IMG/VR virus record: IMGVR_UViG_3300016469_000277
Coordinates: 1-64,000 of that record
Origin: a virus
DNA: 64,000 nucleotides
Reading direction: 5' to 3' (one strand)
Within the stretch, counting starts at the first letter, position 1. Every line of letters starts with the position of its first letter. This document shows positions 1-12,200 of this stretch, piece after piece. The notes under the pieces are model-generated. The model was not told where the DNA came from. It saw nothing but the letters and a program-made list of their open reading frames with translations, and searched no databases. A program made the translations under genes and the position numbers.

Positions 1-393
1 TATAAATATTTTCAAAAAAATCCAGTAGGAGTATTTTCTCCAAAAGAAAAACTAGGTGACAAATTTCTAAGTGGTACAAGAATTTTTGATTTTATGGCCC
101 CTACTCAAACCAACTATGACGAAATTGCTAGACTTCTCAATAAAGCTCCTGTTATAGTAGGAGGTATTGGAGGAGGTTTAGGAGCTGCTCAACAATTTAA
201 CCAAAAACCAAAAGGAACTTATCAAATGGGAGGAACTATAGGTATACCTGGAGTAAATGGACAAGTAGTTTCTAGTGGACCTCAGCCTTTAACTTCAGTT
301 AAAAAAACAAGAGGACCTATAACTAAAACTAAAGCAGGTGTTAAAACAATGTCTAACAAACAAGTAAAGAAAATCTTAAAAAACATAAAATAA
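1..393 (+). CDS. C-terminal part of a virion cargo-type protein (truncated by window start)
   Basis: Frame is open from base 1 into ORF 94..393; Gly-rich hydrophobic stretch, YQMGG motif, basic tail. Confidence 0.6.
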   Translation, partial: YKYFQKNPVGVFSPKEKLGDKFLSGTRIFDFMAPTQTNYDEIARLLNKAPVIVGGIGGGLGAAQQFNQKPKGTYQMGGTIGIPGVNGQVVSSGPQPLTSVKKTRGPITKTKAGVKTMSNKQVKKILKNIK

Positions 394-400
394 ACTAATT

Positions 401-1045
401 ATGGTAGTTTCTTGTGAATACTGCAACAAAGATTACACTACACCTGCTTGTTGGTATAAAAGAAACAAACACCATTGTTGTAGTCGGGAGTGTTCAGACA
501 AACTTAAAATAAAACTAAACACAAAAACTTGCCTAAGTTGTTCTAAAGAGTTTCATAGAAAAAATCACAACAAAGAAGCAAAATACTGTTCATCTGAATG
601 TTCTTCAAAAGCTAAGACTAAACGAGTGTTGTTAGTTTGCGGAATTTGTGAAAAAGAATACTCTGTTAATTTAAAAAGAAAAGAAACGTCAAAATTTTGT
701 TCAAAAGAATGTTCTTCTAAATATTTAGGATACTTGTCTTCTCTTAGAGTAGGAGAACTTAGTGGTAATTATAAAGGATATAAAGACGAAAGACGAAAAA
801 TAAAATCTAGATTAAAGACTTGGGCTAATGAGGTTAAGAGAAGAGATAAGTGTTGTCAAATGTGTAAAGACACTACTTGTCTGTCTGCACATCACATAAA
901 ACCATTTTCAAGTCATCCAGAGCTTAGATTTGAATTAACTAATGGTATCTTACTTTGTGGTAAATGCCATGCTGAACAACATAAAAATGATAAAGTAAAA
1001 GTAACACAATTAATATTAAACAAATATGTACAATCAAACATTTAA
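401..1045 (+). CDS. HNH homing endonuclease with N-terminal Cys-rich Zn-binding repeats
   Basis: Three CxxC...[YFC]CSxxC repeats, then CQMC..AHHIK...NGILLCGKCHAEQH. Confidence 0.85.
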   Translation: MVVSCEYCNKDYTTPACWYKRNKHHCCSRECSDKLKIKLNTKTCLSCSKEFHRKNHNKEAKYCSSECSSKAKTKRVLLVCGICEKEYSVNLKRKETSKFCSKECSSKYLGYLSSLRVGELSGNYKGYKDERRKIKSRLKTWANEVKRRDKCCQMCKDTTCLSAHHIKPFSSHPELRFELTNGILLCGKCHAEQHKNDKVKVTQLILNKYVQSNI

Positions 1046-1361
1046 AAAAGGCGGAAAGAATTGGATTTCCGGAGTTGTAAAAGGTATCAAAAAACGTGGA
1101 ACAGAAGGAGTATGCACAGGTTCTAAATTTGGTGGACCTAGTTGCCCTCCAGGTTCTAAGCGTTATAATCTTGCAAAGACTTTCAGAGCAATGAGTAAGA
1201 AAAGAAAAGGTGAATACGGAATGTATATGGCTGAAGGAGGATACAAAGACAATAAAGAAACTTCTGCTTTAAGTCATCCTTACGCTTCTTCAGGTAAACG
1301 TCTTAAGACTGCCTATATGAGTAAAGGCGGTATGAAATCTAAACTTAAAATTAAAAGATAA
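1026..1361 (+). CDS. Small basic virion/DNA-binding protein
   Basis: Lys/Arg/Gly-rich; FKKGG, YMAEGG, YMSKGG motifs; in the cargo cluster. Confidence 0.55.
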   Translation: MYNQTFKKGGKNWISGVVKGIKKRGTEGVCTGSKFGGPSCPPGSKRYNLAKTFRAMSKKRKGEYGMYMAEGGYKDNKETSALSHPYASSGKRLKTAYMSKGGMKSKLKIKR

Positions 1362-1528
1362 TGGCACCAACTAAAGGAAAATCAACAGGTAAAAGTTCTA
1401 TAGGAGTTTCTATTAAGAAAGCTAAACCTAAAGTAAGACGTAAAGGAATTGTCTCTAAAAAGAAAAGTTCCGGTCTTAAGACTTCTAAGAACTATACCAA
1501 AAAATATCGCGGCCAGGGAAGAAAGTAG
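1361..1528 (+). CDS. 55-aa highly basic protein (below ORF-track cutoff)
   Basis: TAATG overlap with upstream stop; MAPTKGKSTGKSS...KNYTKKYRGQGRK, TAG at 1526-1528. Confidence 0.65.
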   Translation: MAPTKGKSTGKSSIGVSIKKAKPKVRRKGIVSKKKSSGLKTSKNYTKKYRGQGRK

Positions 1529-1558
1529 TTTATAACTTAAAATATTAACTACTTAACA

Positions 1559-1589
1559 CTTGACTTTTAAAAATTTTAATATATCTTTG
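1559..1589 (+). promoter_or_regulatory. Bacteroidota sigma-A type promoter, CTTGACTT class
   Basis: TTG (1560-62), 19 nt, TATCTTTG (1582-89). Confidence 0.75.
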
Positions 1590-1640
1590 TAATAATACAA
1601 AGAGTTAAACTTCTATTAACTCAACCTAACTTCTAAAGTT

Positions 1641-4538
1641 ATGGCTAAAAAACTTTCAAAAAATACTCCTAAGAAAAAATTTGATATTGGGGGAGTTGGG
1701 AAAATAAATAATCTTGCTCCAAAGCCTCCTATCTTTACTTATCCTAAAGGAACATACTCTCCTGTAGGTGCTCCTCAAGGCACTATAACTGTAACTAATG
1801 AATGGGGGGAACCAGATCGAAGTTATGCTCCTGGGGCTTATGAGAGGCACATTGCTTCAAAAACTCCAGCAGAGAAAAAAAGAAATCAATTTGAAAATAT
1901 CAAACCTCACGATGTAATTCAACTTGGTCTTTATGGAGTAGATGCTATGTTGAGAAAAAACGAAGCTATGAGAAATCAAGAAGCTTTTAATCGTAGGTTT
2001 AGAAATGTAATGACTCAACAACCTCTGTATGACTATAATTATATGTATGGTCCAGACGCTAGTGGAGGAACACAATATCAAAACTTAATTATGGCTCAAG
2101 ACGGAGCAGAAATTCGCAGAGGAACTTCCCCTGATATAACTGATGTAGAGGTAGAAGGAGGAGAGTTTCTTCAACTTCCTGACTTATCTACTCAACATGT
2201 TTATGGTCCTTCTCACGAAAAAGGAGGCGTACATACCAACCTTCCAGAAGGAACTAGAGTATTCTCAGATCATCTAAAACCTATAGGAAGCAAAAAAACC
2301 TACGCAGAACTTGCTAAAAAGTACGACACAGAAAAGTATCGTAAAACTTTAGAAAATCCTTTTGCTAACGATATAGACAGAAGAACAGCTAAGCTTTTAT
2401 TTGAAAAAAATGAAAGCATTCTAAATGAACTGTTTGAAGACCAGCAAAAACAAAACGGCAATTCTGATGGAACAGATCAAGCAGAAGAAAATATGGGAAT
2501 GCCTCAATACACAGAAAACCCACAAATGATGGGTAAATTTGGTTTAGATTTAAGAAAAGGAGAAAGCTTAAGTTTTACTGACCCATTTGAATACGGAGGA
2601 CAATATGTAGGAGGATATGCTAACTTCCAACAAGGAGGAGAGTATGATTTAGGCTACGAGGATATAATGAACACTTACGATGTTTATAATCCTTATAACG
2701 CTTATAACTCTTTTAACGAGTACGCACCCTTAGCCCCCGAGTATGAAGGAGGTCCCGAAGAAGTAGCTGCTAATAGTATGTACCAAGACGGAGGAATGTT
2801 CCCAGAAGATTCTACATTTTATGGAGCAACTCCAGGAGATACTTCTGTTTTAACTTTAGGAACAAAATCTGAAGGAAGCTCTAAATTTCAGAAGGGAGGA
2901 ACAAAGGGGAGGAAGCGAGTTAATATAATCAGAAACGAGTATCAAGATAAACCTCCTTACGAATATAAAGAAGAGTCTCTACCTTCTATGAAAGAAAGGC
3001 TTAAAGATGCTTTAGTTCGTTGGGATCTTGACTCTAAAGAAAATCTAGATAAAGTAACAAACGCTAAAAACATTGCCGATCTTGGTAAAATTGCCGGGAT
3101 GATGCAGAAAAAAGTAGCAGCAGAACAATCTGCAATAGCTGAAGATTTTGGATTTAGAGTACCCGCAACTCAAAATGGTTTTAAGTATTTAACAAGTTTA
3201 GGAGACGAAGAGCTTAAAAAAATATTAAAAGATGATGCTCTTGTCAAAACTGTTAAAAACGCAACAGCAGGTTCTTATAGTTTGCCTCCTGAACAAAGAG
3301 ATTTAATTAATCAAAGAATTAAAGAGAACCTTCCTTCTAAGTATAAAAAAGATTATTCAGTTGCAAACTTTCAAGACGAACAGTTTTATTATCGTTACCC
3401 AAGAGTAGAACAAGTAGAGTTTGACGATAAGGCTGAGTATGAAGATTATCTTAAAAACGCAAACGTAGGAGGTAAGTATGTAGCAGATCCTAAACTAGGT
3501 TTATACATTGAACCTACTTACAAAGAGCCAGAAAAAGGGACTCCTAAAAAAGATGAAGTAGAGGAAGAACAAAATTTTCCTGGAAATATATTTCGTCCTG
3601 TAGCCCCTTTTAAACAAATGCCTAGTACTTTGGGGGAGTTCCCACTTTATCAAGCTGCTCCAGAAGCTTTAGGATACTTAGCCGGACTTACTCCTTATAA
3701 TTACTACACTCCTGACTATACGCATTATGAAGTAGCTCCTCCTACTTTAAATTTAGATGCACAACTCCAGTCTATTGATGACTCTTTACAAAGTAGCTTA
3801 AGACAGTCTACAGGAAACGCCTCTCTAGATGCTGCTAGAAAATCTGCTTTGTTTAATCAGGCACTTGCTGCTAAACAACAGGCTTTCCAAACAAAACAGA
3901 ATTATGACGCAGAAGCTAGATTTAAAGCTGACTTATATAATGTAGGAGAAAGAACTAAAGAAAATTACATGGATGTAAATGCAGCTAGTCAAATTTATAA
4001 CGATTATATGGCTGCTGCTCAAGATGCTGCAGAAAGAGAAAGACTTGGGGCTATTTCTAGTTTAACTAAAAAGACTGCAGATTTTTATGCAGATGAGTTT
4101 GCTAAAATGCTTGCTATCTCAACCCTAGCACCTAATCTTTACTACGAAGGAAAAGACTTGAGAAACCCTATCAAGGTTAATCCTTACGCAGAAGAGTTTT
4201 ACTCTAAGATGGCTGGAAGATATAAAGCTCCTGGGCAAAAAACCTCACCCCCTATGGGAGCAATAATTCCTACGCAAGGACAAATGAGTGTGCCTGAAAA
4301 TGTAGCTCCTTATGTAACTCCTATGCCCCCTGTTTTAAGCCCAGAACTAAGAATGAATACTAGTAGTCCTTACAACTGGGGGCCTAATCCTACATACCCT
4401 TCTACTTATATAGAACCTATGTCTTATAATATGGAGGAGTACATTCCTCAAGACACTGTAATGGATTTTCTTCCAGGAACAAAAGAGTCTAAAGAACTCT
4501 CAAAACTAAAAAAACAAAACTATTTAAGAAAACCATAA
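1641..4538 (+). CDS. crAss-like cargo/ejection protein
   Basis: EVEGGE...GPSHEKGGV motif of crAss-like cargo proteins; repeated [YF]xxGG; Gln/Ala-rich helical C-terminal half; no Cys seen. Confidence 0.7.
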   Translation: MAKKLSKNTPKKKFDIGGVGKINNLAPKPPIFTYPKGTYSPVGAPQGTITVTNEWGEPDRSYAPGAYERHIASKTPAEKKRNQFENIKPHDVIQLGLYGVDAMLRKNEAMRNQEAFNRRFRNVMTQQPLYDYNYMYGPDASGGTQYQNLIMAQDGAEIRRGTSPDITDVEVEGGEFLQLPDLSTQHVYGPSHEKGGVHTNLPEGTRVFSDHLKPIGSKKTYAELAKKYDTEKYRKTLENPFANDIDRRTAKLLFEKNESILNELFEDQQKQNGNSDGTDQAEENMGMPQYTENPQMMGKFGLDLRKGESLSFTDPFEYGGQYVGGYANFQQGGEYDLGYEDIMNTYDVYNPYNAYNSFNEYAPLAPEYEGGPEEVAANSMYQDGGMFPEDSTFYGATPGDTSVLTLGTKSEGSSKFQKGGTKGRKRVNIIRNEYQDKPPYEYKEESLPSMKERLKDALVRWDLDSKENLDKVTNAKNIADLGKIAGMMQKKVAAEQSAIAEDFGFRVPATQNGFKYLTSLGDEELKKILKDDALVKTVKNATAGSYSLPPEQRDLINQRIKENLPSKYKKDYSVANFQDEQFYYRYPRVEQVEFDDKAEYEDYLKNANVGGKYVADPKLGLYIEPTYKEPEKGTPKKDEVEEEQNFPGNIFRPVAPFKQMPSTLGEFPLYQAAPEALGYLAGLTPYNYYTPDYTHYEVAPPTLNLDAQLQSIDDSLQSSLRQSTGNASLDAARKSALFNQALAAKQQAFQTKQNYDAEARFKADLYNVGERTKENYMDVNAASQIYNDYMAAAQDAAERERLGAISSLTKKTADFYADEFAKMLAISTLAPNLYYEGKDLRNPIKVNPYAEEFYSKMAGRYKAPGQKTSPPMGAIIPTQGQMSVPENVAPYVTPMPPVLSPELRMNTSSPYNWGPNPTYPSTYIEPMSYNMEEYIPQDTVMDFLPGTKESKELSKLKKQNYLRKP

Positions 4539-4541
4539 ACC

Positions 4542-6158
4542 ATGGCTATATCTCATAGACACCAATCTTTTAATTATCCTGAGTATGTTAGTCCGTTACC
4601 AGCTGATGAACTAATTAAAATGGGGGTTATGAAGCAGCAGCTTTATGACCAAGGGGTAGAGAAAGTCCAAAAAAGAATTGATGAACTTGACCAGTACGGT
4701 TTTGACTTAGTTAAAGAAGAAGACAAACAATACTTCTCTCAAGAGATGGATAAGTTTATCAAAGCTGTAAATGAGAGTGCAGCAAAAACAGACTTTTCCG
4801 TACTACCTAATGTTCGAAACATTCTTTCTATAGGTAGACCTTTAGAAAATGATCCTTTGCTTTTAAACGCAATTCAAAGTTCTGCAGAATACCGTAGAAG
4901 ACAAGCTGAACTTTCAAAAATGTCCCCTAAAGATAGATCTGCTGCAAATGATTGGTATTATATGAGTGATGCTTATGATTGGATATCAGACAAAAAAGTA
5001 GGAGCAAAACTTTCAACAGGAAAAGAATATACCCCTTATATTGACCCAGCTAAATATATATCTGAATCCGTAGGAAAAATGAAAGGAATAATTGAATCTA
5101 AAATTATTTCAGAAAACGGTTTCCTAAAAAAACAAGATGTAGAAAAGCTTACAGAACAACGTCTTAGAGAATGGATGGAAAACTCTCTTCCTGCTTCTGT
5201 GGTTAATCAGATTAGAATAGATGCAGAGTTTAAAGCAAAAGACGTTTCTCCAGAAGAATTTAAAAATTACTATTTTGACATAGCTAACGAAAGTTTAAAT
5301 GAAACAAAAGAAGCTATATACTATTTAGAAAGCCTTCCTACTCTTACAAAAGAACAACAACAAGACTACGAAACTTATGTTGCTAGAAAAGATATGCTTG
5401 AAGATCAAATGAACAATATCCAAGATAGTGATACAGACGCTAAGGAAATGTGGCTAAATAATCAATATAATAAATTTATCACAGGACAAGCTAGATCTTA
5501 TGCTTATAGAAAAGAAAAAGAAGATTGGAAAGCTAATCCTTATAGTTTGTTAGCCTCTAAATCTGAAGCTGCAAGAAGCCTTGCTAAGTACAAATCTGAT
5601 CTTAGAAAAGAAGAGTATATAGCTAAACTCAAAGAAGACGTAAAATACGGAAAAGGTAAAACAGCAAAGAAGCCCTCTATTTCTGAGCAAGAAAGAGAAA
5701 ATCAAGTGAATAATATTAAACAAAAAATAAACTCTTATGGAACCACAAGTACGGAGGGAATTGAAACTCCTGAGTTTAAATTAAAAGAAGCAGGGATTGT
5801 ACAAGATGTTCTTAGACAAGCACTTCAATCTAAAGGAGATTTATCTGAAGATGCTCTAAAAGTATTTGCAGACTTAGACTTAACTACAGCAGGTAGTTTG
5901 AGAACTAGATATACATCTGCAGGTTACGAATACGATCTACTAAATGATGATGGGGATGTTGTAGGCACTGTTTCTCAAAAAGATTTTGAAAAGGCATTAG
6001 AAGATCAGTTTCCTCTTTATGGAACAGGTTCTGAAAAAGAGTCAGAATTAGAAGAATCTGAAAAATCTGAAGAATTTGAAAAAAGTTCAAATATCAGATT
6101 TGACGACAATGAAATAGATTTGTCAGATGTCGATGCTCGTTACCCAGAAGTAGATTAA
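4542..6158 (+). CDS. crAss-like cargo/ejection protein
   Basis: YVSPLP..L.....KQ..YD N-terminus; position just before the vRNAP gene; helical, acidic tail; no Cys seen. Confidence 0.6.
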   Translation: MAISHRHQSFNYPEYVSPLPADELIKMGVMKQQLYDQGVEKVQKRIDELDQYGFDLVKEEDKQYFSQEMDKFIKAVNESAAKTDFSVLPNVRNILSIGRPLENDPLLLNAIQSSAEYRRRQAELSKMSPKDRSAANDWYYMSDAYDWISDKKVGAKLSTGKEYTPYIDPAKYISESVGKMKGIIESKIISENGFLKKQDVEKLTEQRLREWMENSLPASVVNQIRIDAEFKAKDVSPEEFKNYYFDIANESLNETKEAIYYLESLPTLTKEQQQDYETYVARKDMLEDQMNNIQDSDTDAKEMWLNNQYNKFITGQARSYAYRKEKEDWKANPYSLLASKSEAARSLAKYKSDLRKEEYIAKLKEDVKYGKGKTAKKPSISEQERENQVNNIKQKINSYGTTSTEGIETPEFKLKEAGIVQDVLRQALQSKGDLSEDALKVFADLDLTTAGSLRTRYTSAGYEYDLLNDDGDVVGTVSQKDFEKALEDQFPLYGTGSEKESELEESEKSEEFEKSSNIRFDDNEIDLSDVDARYPEVD

Positions 6159-6234
6159 AAAATAAATAAAATTTTACTTATTAAGTACTTACTTTGCGTA
6201 GTTAAAAACTAAAAACTAAAAAACAGAATTTGTA

Positions 6235-9200
6235 ATGGCTAAAATAGTTAACCAGCCTAAAGGTGGACCTCCAGTAATGAGGACTGATGAACGAATGAAG
6301 ATGTTTCTTCAATCAACAGAGCCCCCAATAACAGATGCCGATAAAGAAACTTTAAACCTTAGAAGTAAATTAGTTAAAGGAGGAGACCCTGAACTCCAAA
6401 AAGAATTTGGTTACTTAGCTAAACAAAAACAACTTCCTTTTCCTGAAGTTGCTGATCCTAATTATAAGTATGACCAAGCAATTAATAGGCTTATAACAAA
6501 AAGAAATAACGGAACAGCTAGCGCAAAAGAATTACAAGTACTTAATTACCATTTTAAAAAACAAAACGAATACCAAAACAAACTTCTTCAAAAAGATGCA
6601 AGTCTTCCTGATGTAGGGACTCAGTTGTTAAATTCTTGGAAAAAAGATTTTCCAACATTAGAGGATTATAAAAAACAATCTGTTGAACAATCTGGATTTT
6701 TACCTTCTGACTTTATTGGAGACCCAGAAAAAGCAAAAGAACTAAATGAAGAAATTACTTACAAACTTCAGCTTATTCCTCAACTATACAAAGAAAATAA
6801 TTACGAAGCTGTAAAAGGTATCCAAAGAAGTATAAGTGATTTACTTGCAGAAAATTCAGATATTTTTCCGCAGTTTAAAACTTATAACACTTTAAATCTT
6901 ATTAGTCAAAAAGCTGACATTATTAAAGCAAGACAATCTATTAATAATGCCGCAGCTAGTAGGAATAGAAGTTTAGGAAATCAACTAGCTACTAAGCTAG
7001 GAGGACTTCCTACAACACAAAAAGCACAAGAACTAGAAGGGGCTTTTATGGGAGTATCGCAGCTCTCTAATATGCAGTTCTCTGTTCAAGATTATCTAGC
7101 AGGAAAAACAGGACCTATGGGAGCAGAAGATATAATTAATCTTGTGCCTATTCCTAATAGTAAGTTTAATCAACTTACTCAAAAATATCTAGGTAAAGAC
7201 CTTGCTACTCCTAAGTCTATTATGGCAGACGAAAAAGAAAGAGGGAGAGTAGCTTTGAGTAGCGGTCTTGAAATGCTTAGTGAAAGACCTGGAGATTTTT
7301 ATTCAGCAGAAGCTTTGCCCGCTTTTCTTCAAAATAAAGAGGGGTTTCTTCAAACTGAAAAATACCAAAGAGCTGCTATAGATGCAGAAGAAACTTTTAA
7401 AAATGCTACTTTAGCGGATTATTACGATCAGTTTTTAGAAACTAGAAGAGAAAGGGCTAATCTTTTAATTTATAAAAAAGATCTTATAGCTCAGCACAAT
7501 AGAGCTAATGAACTAGCTAAACAACTAGGCAGACCTCCTCTTCCTATGTTAGAGACTGAAGATGTTGATAACCAACTCGAAGATTTAGATTTTCAATTAA
7601 GAGACTTAGAAGAAGAGATAGAGAACATTAAAACTTATAATCCAGAAGAAAGGTATAAAAAAGAATACCCTTTAGCTTATGCCTATAAACAACAACATGA
7701 TTATGAGTCTGCTAGATTTAACACTCCTGCAAGTTTAGGCGCAAGTATTTTTGACTTACTTACTCCAAGTTTTTTACAAAGACCCGGAAAACAAGTAACT
7801 GTTCAAGAAAAACTTAGCATGGCTATTGCTCAAGGGTCTAAACAAATTTATGATCGTTGGCAAGACCTTGACTTATCAGGAAGTATCACTTCTGCATTAT
7901 TTAAAGATAGTGAAAGAGATAAGGCAAAAAGAAATCTTTGGCTTCAAACAGGAAAATATAATTCAGAAGGTTATACTATAGGAATTGATGAAGAAGGAAA
8001 CCCTGTAAAATCAGGACAATTCTTTTGGACAGACAAACAAGGTAAATACCATTTTAACCCTTATGCTACAGTAGAAAGCGGATTACCTGTAGCTGAACAA
8101 ATGCTTGAAACTATTCTTTTAGCAGAAATTGGGGGAGCCGCTTTTGGTGTAGGTTCTAAAATAGCAGGAGGCGCAATAGAAGCAACAGGCATTTCTACTT
8201 TAGGTAAATTAGCTGCTGGAGATATAGCTAGTGCTCTCTCTTTAGACGCAGCTCAATTAGCTAAACTTTCAAATGTTGCTAATAAAGGTAAAGTCTTACT
8301 ATCCCCTGGGGTACAACAAAGGCTTTTGACCTTTGGCTCTGTTATGGCTACTACTTATCCTTCTATCTATCAAGAAGAATATAAAAACTTTAAAAACCCT
8401 GTAGATGCAAGAGACGTAGCTTTACTAAGAGCAAGTATCGAGAGTATAAGTGAATCTGTTATTCCTAACGTAGCTAGTCTTTACACTAAAGGAACAGGGG
8501 CTTTTCTTGGAATAGGAAGAAGCTATCGTTCTCTTTTAAGAGATGCTGTAGAGGGAACTACTCAAAAAATGTTTCCTGGGGCTACAAATAAGTTTGTTAG
8601 AAAATTTGCAGACTCTCGTTTTGGGCAAGCAGTAGGAACCGCAGGAAGATACATAAAAGAAAAAGGAAAAGATTTATTTCAAGAAGCAGTTGTCGAAGAA
8701 GAAGCAGCTTTATTTGGTAATTATTTTGTAGATAAAATAGCCAAACAAAAAGATTCTTCTTATGTAATGCAGAATGAGCTTACTGCTAGTAATATACTAA
8801 AAACAGCTATAGAAGCTACTGCCGGAATGTTAATCACAGCCCCTTTTATGGGAGGTGGTACAACTAGAGCAAGAAACTATGATATTGCTTCTGCTAGATG
8901 GCAAGTAGCTAATAACCCCGAAGTTTTTAAAAGTTTAGCAACTGCAGACTTTGAAGCTGGCAAGTTAACTAAAGAGGAGTATGTTAACAAAGTAGCCAAT
9001 ATTAATATGATGGCGGAGGAGTTAAAAAATCTTCCAATTAATATAGGCTCTATTAGAGACTTAGACACACTTCTTGAAGATAAAGATGCTCAACTTGAAT
9101 ACTACTCTAATTATCTACAGAAACAAGCTTTAAATAAACTAGAAGCTGAGAACCCTGAATTAGCTGCAGAGTATAAAGCAGGGACTAAAGATATTTCTGG

Positions 9201-12200
9201 TATATTTAAAGAAACTAAAGTTACAGAAGAACAAAGAAAAGCTTATGAAGAGTCTGTAAAAGACATTGATAAGAAACTTTACAAAACTGAAAAACTAGCA
9301 AGTATCTACGATAATCTCACTTACGAGCAGAAAGAAGAAATAGTTGCTAAAAACTTTCAAAGAAAATATGAAAAGTTAGTATCTCATGAGGACTTGTCGC
9401 CTTTACAACTAGCTATGGTAATAGCTCAGCATGAAAAAGATTTAGAAGATAATCCTGAAACTTATGCTGTTCAAAACCAAGCTTATATAGAAAGTCTTAA
9501 AAATTCTTTAGGAATTGTACGTAGCAACTTTATGGACTTTATACGTAACAATAACGACAACCTAACTTTTGAACAACTTGACTATAAACTTAACTTTTTA
9601 TTACAACCCAACTCTGTCTTTCTTGGAGAAAATGAATACCGACTAGCTGCTAAAGATTTAAGCAGAAGAATGGCTTTGTCTGTAGGCCCTTACGAAGAGA
9701 TAGAAGATGAGAACGAATTTATTGAAGTAGTAGCTAGAAACTTTGTAACAAGTAAGTATAGTGAGATCCCTTTAACTTCAAACGGCAAACCTCTTTTAGT
9801 TAAAATGATGGATAATTATGTTAACGAAAAGTTGTTTGATAAGTTTGTTGAGGGCCTACCCAAAGAAGAAAGAAAAGCAAAACAAGATGAACTTTCTGAA
9901 AAATTCTTAAAAAGAGTAGTTGAATTAAAACAAACTCTTAAAGAAGGACAAGCTTTTCCAGAAATTACTAGTGTTCTAGAGGCTAAAAAAGAAGAAGAAG
10001 CTAAAAAAGCAAAAGCACCAGAACCTGCTGCAGCTCCTCAAGTAAGAGAAAAATACAGAAGTATTTATGAATCTTACAAAGAAGCTAAAGAAGCCTATAA
10101 TACAGAAGATGCCAACATATACGAAAGTATGGCTGCTGCAGAACTTCTCAAAGAAGCAACTGTTGAAGAACTCTTAGCTGGTCTAGAATCAGTTAAACCT
10201 ATTTTTGAAGATGTAAATGTAGCCAAAGTTATTGAAGACATTCAAAACGGAAACACAGCTTCTTTAGAATCTCTTTTGACTAAAAAAGGAGTAACTAAAA
10301 AAGCAATAGCTGAATTTAAAGATAAGTTATTTCCAGAGATAACTGTGCAGCTACCAGAAATAGTTGTTGAGGAAGAAACCGCAGATGGAGCCCCTGAAGT
10401 AGAAGGACTAGTAGAACTTTCTGAAGAACCTACAGAAGCTGATGAAGAAAACGAAAACCGAGTAAAAGTTACCCAAGAAAAAACCAGACAAGAGTATCTT
10501 GAACAAGATAGACCTAACCAAGTTTACTTGGGAATAACTGACACAGGCTTTGATGAAGACAGAAGAGAAGATCCCAACACAGACTTAATTTATAGTCTAG
10601 TAGATCGTATCCAAAACAGCTTAGCAGAAACTAACCTTAGAGCTTTGGGCTACCACTTGTTAATGAAGTCTGACAAAGACATCTTAGCACTTGTAGGCAT
10701 TACTCCTGAGTATAAAGAAGATTACGCATCATTTAGAGCACAGTTTATTATTAACGGTATTCCTGTTAGAAGCGAAGCAACTATTGCTTATTATCATAAA
10801 AACTTTGACTTATTTGGAACCTACAAAGTAGGAATTATAACTGACAGCAATCAAAGCCCTCTTTATTTTGATAAGAGTGGTCAAAAAGTAAAAACAGGAA
10901 CTCCTATTATTGTTAATATAGGACAACCTGGAGAAGGCCCAGGTAAAGAGTCTGATAAAAAATTCAAAGAAGCTATCCCACCTCAAGGACAGTTTGTTGC
11001 TCTTTCTAGTTTTATTAACGGAGCAAATGTTGGAAGAGAAAAAATAAAGTCATCTGTAGTAGGACAACTTAGACTTATTGTAGGCCAAAACGAAACCGTT
11101 ACAGCAGAAAGCGGAAAGTCTTACACTCTCTATAAAGGAGTAGCATACTTACCCACAGGAGACGTTAACTTCCCTTATGTCTCTACTTATACCCCTAGCG
11201 TTACTAGAAACACTGCAGTGGAAGTTTTAGCTCTTGTTAAAGCATTTAACGAGATGACTAAAAATCCTGAAGCATCTACTTTGCCTGAATACTTTAAGAG
11301 TATGACTTTGCAGGAATTTCATAATTATCTTAATGCTTATGTTTATATTCCTGACAATAGCAAAGAAAACAGTTGGGGACTAGTTCAAACTAAACGCAAA
11401 GGAGAAACTGAAAGATCTCACGTTAAGTTCTTTGTAAGATTAGAAAATAACAAAGCAACGGTATCTTTAAGCGAAGAAGATATTCTTAATTTGCTCTCTG
11501 GGTCCAAAACTGAAAAAGGAACTATCTACGCTGGTATACCTAAAGACTTCTTTAACGAAGGTAGAACCTTTAGACCATTCACTGTAGAGGATGGAAAAAT
11601 AAAAGTAGGTAAAATTACTCCTTTTAGAAATTGGTTTGCTCAAAGATCCACTATAGACAAGTACTCTAAAACTAGACCTAATAGAAATCTTGCTTTTCAA
11701 AAAGAAGACGTTGTAACCTTACAAGCTCCTACAGTAACTAAAGAAGCTCCTGTTTCTGATATAATTACAGATGATGTTTATAATATTTTTATAGATAAAA
11801 ATATTGTACCTGATAATATTTTAAATTCTATTGCAGATAAAATAATTGCTCGTGCATCATTGTCTCAAAGAGAAACAGCAATTTTTTCTGGTAAGACATC
11901 AGAGATAAATGAAATAATTAGAAAAAAAGCTCCTACAGCAGCTCCTGTTTCTGATAAGAAAGCTGATATAGAAAGAAGAAGAGATACAGTATTAGCAAAA
12001 ATTACTCGTATTTCTGGTCATGGAACAAAAGGTATTAGGTGGGTAAGTTATGAATATACTGAAGAGGGTAAATATAAAAAAGGATATAGTTTTAGTAGTG
12101 ACTCTAAAGAAGAAACAATTAAATTAATCAATGATAAGTATAATGAAGAACTAGCTGCTTTAGAAGCTAAACCTGAAGCCCCTAAAGTAGAAACTAAAGT

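Noticed and set aside
6051-6086. Imperfect 18-nt tandem repeat (EESEKS/EEFEKS)
   Set aside because: Simple slippage duplication in an acidic low-complexity tail
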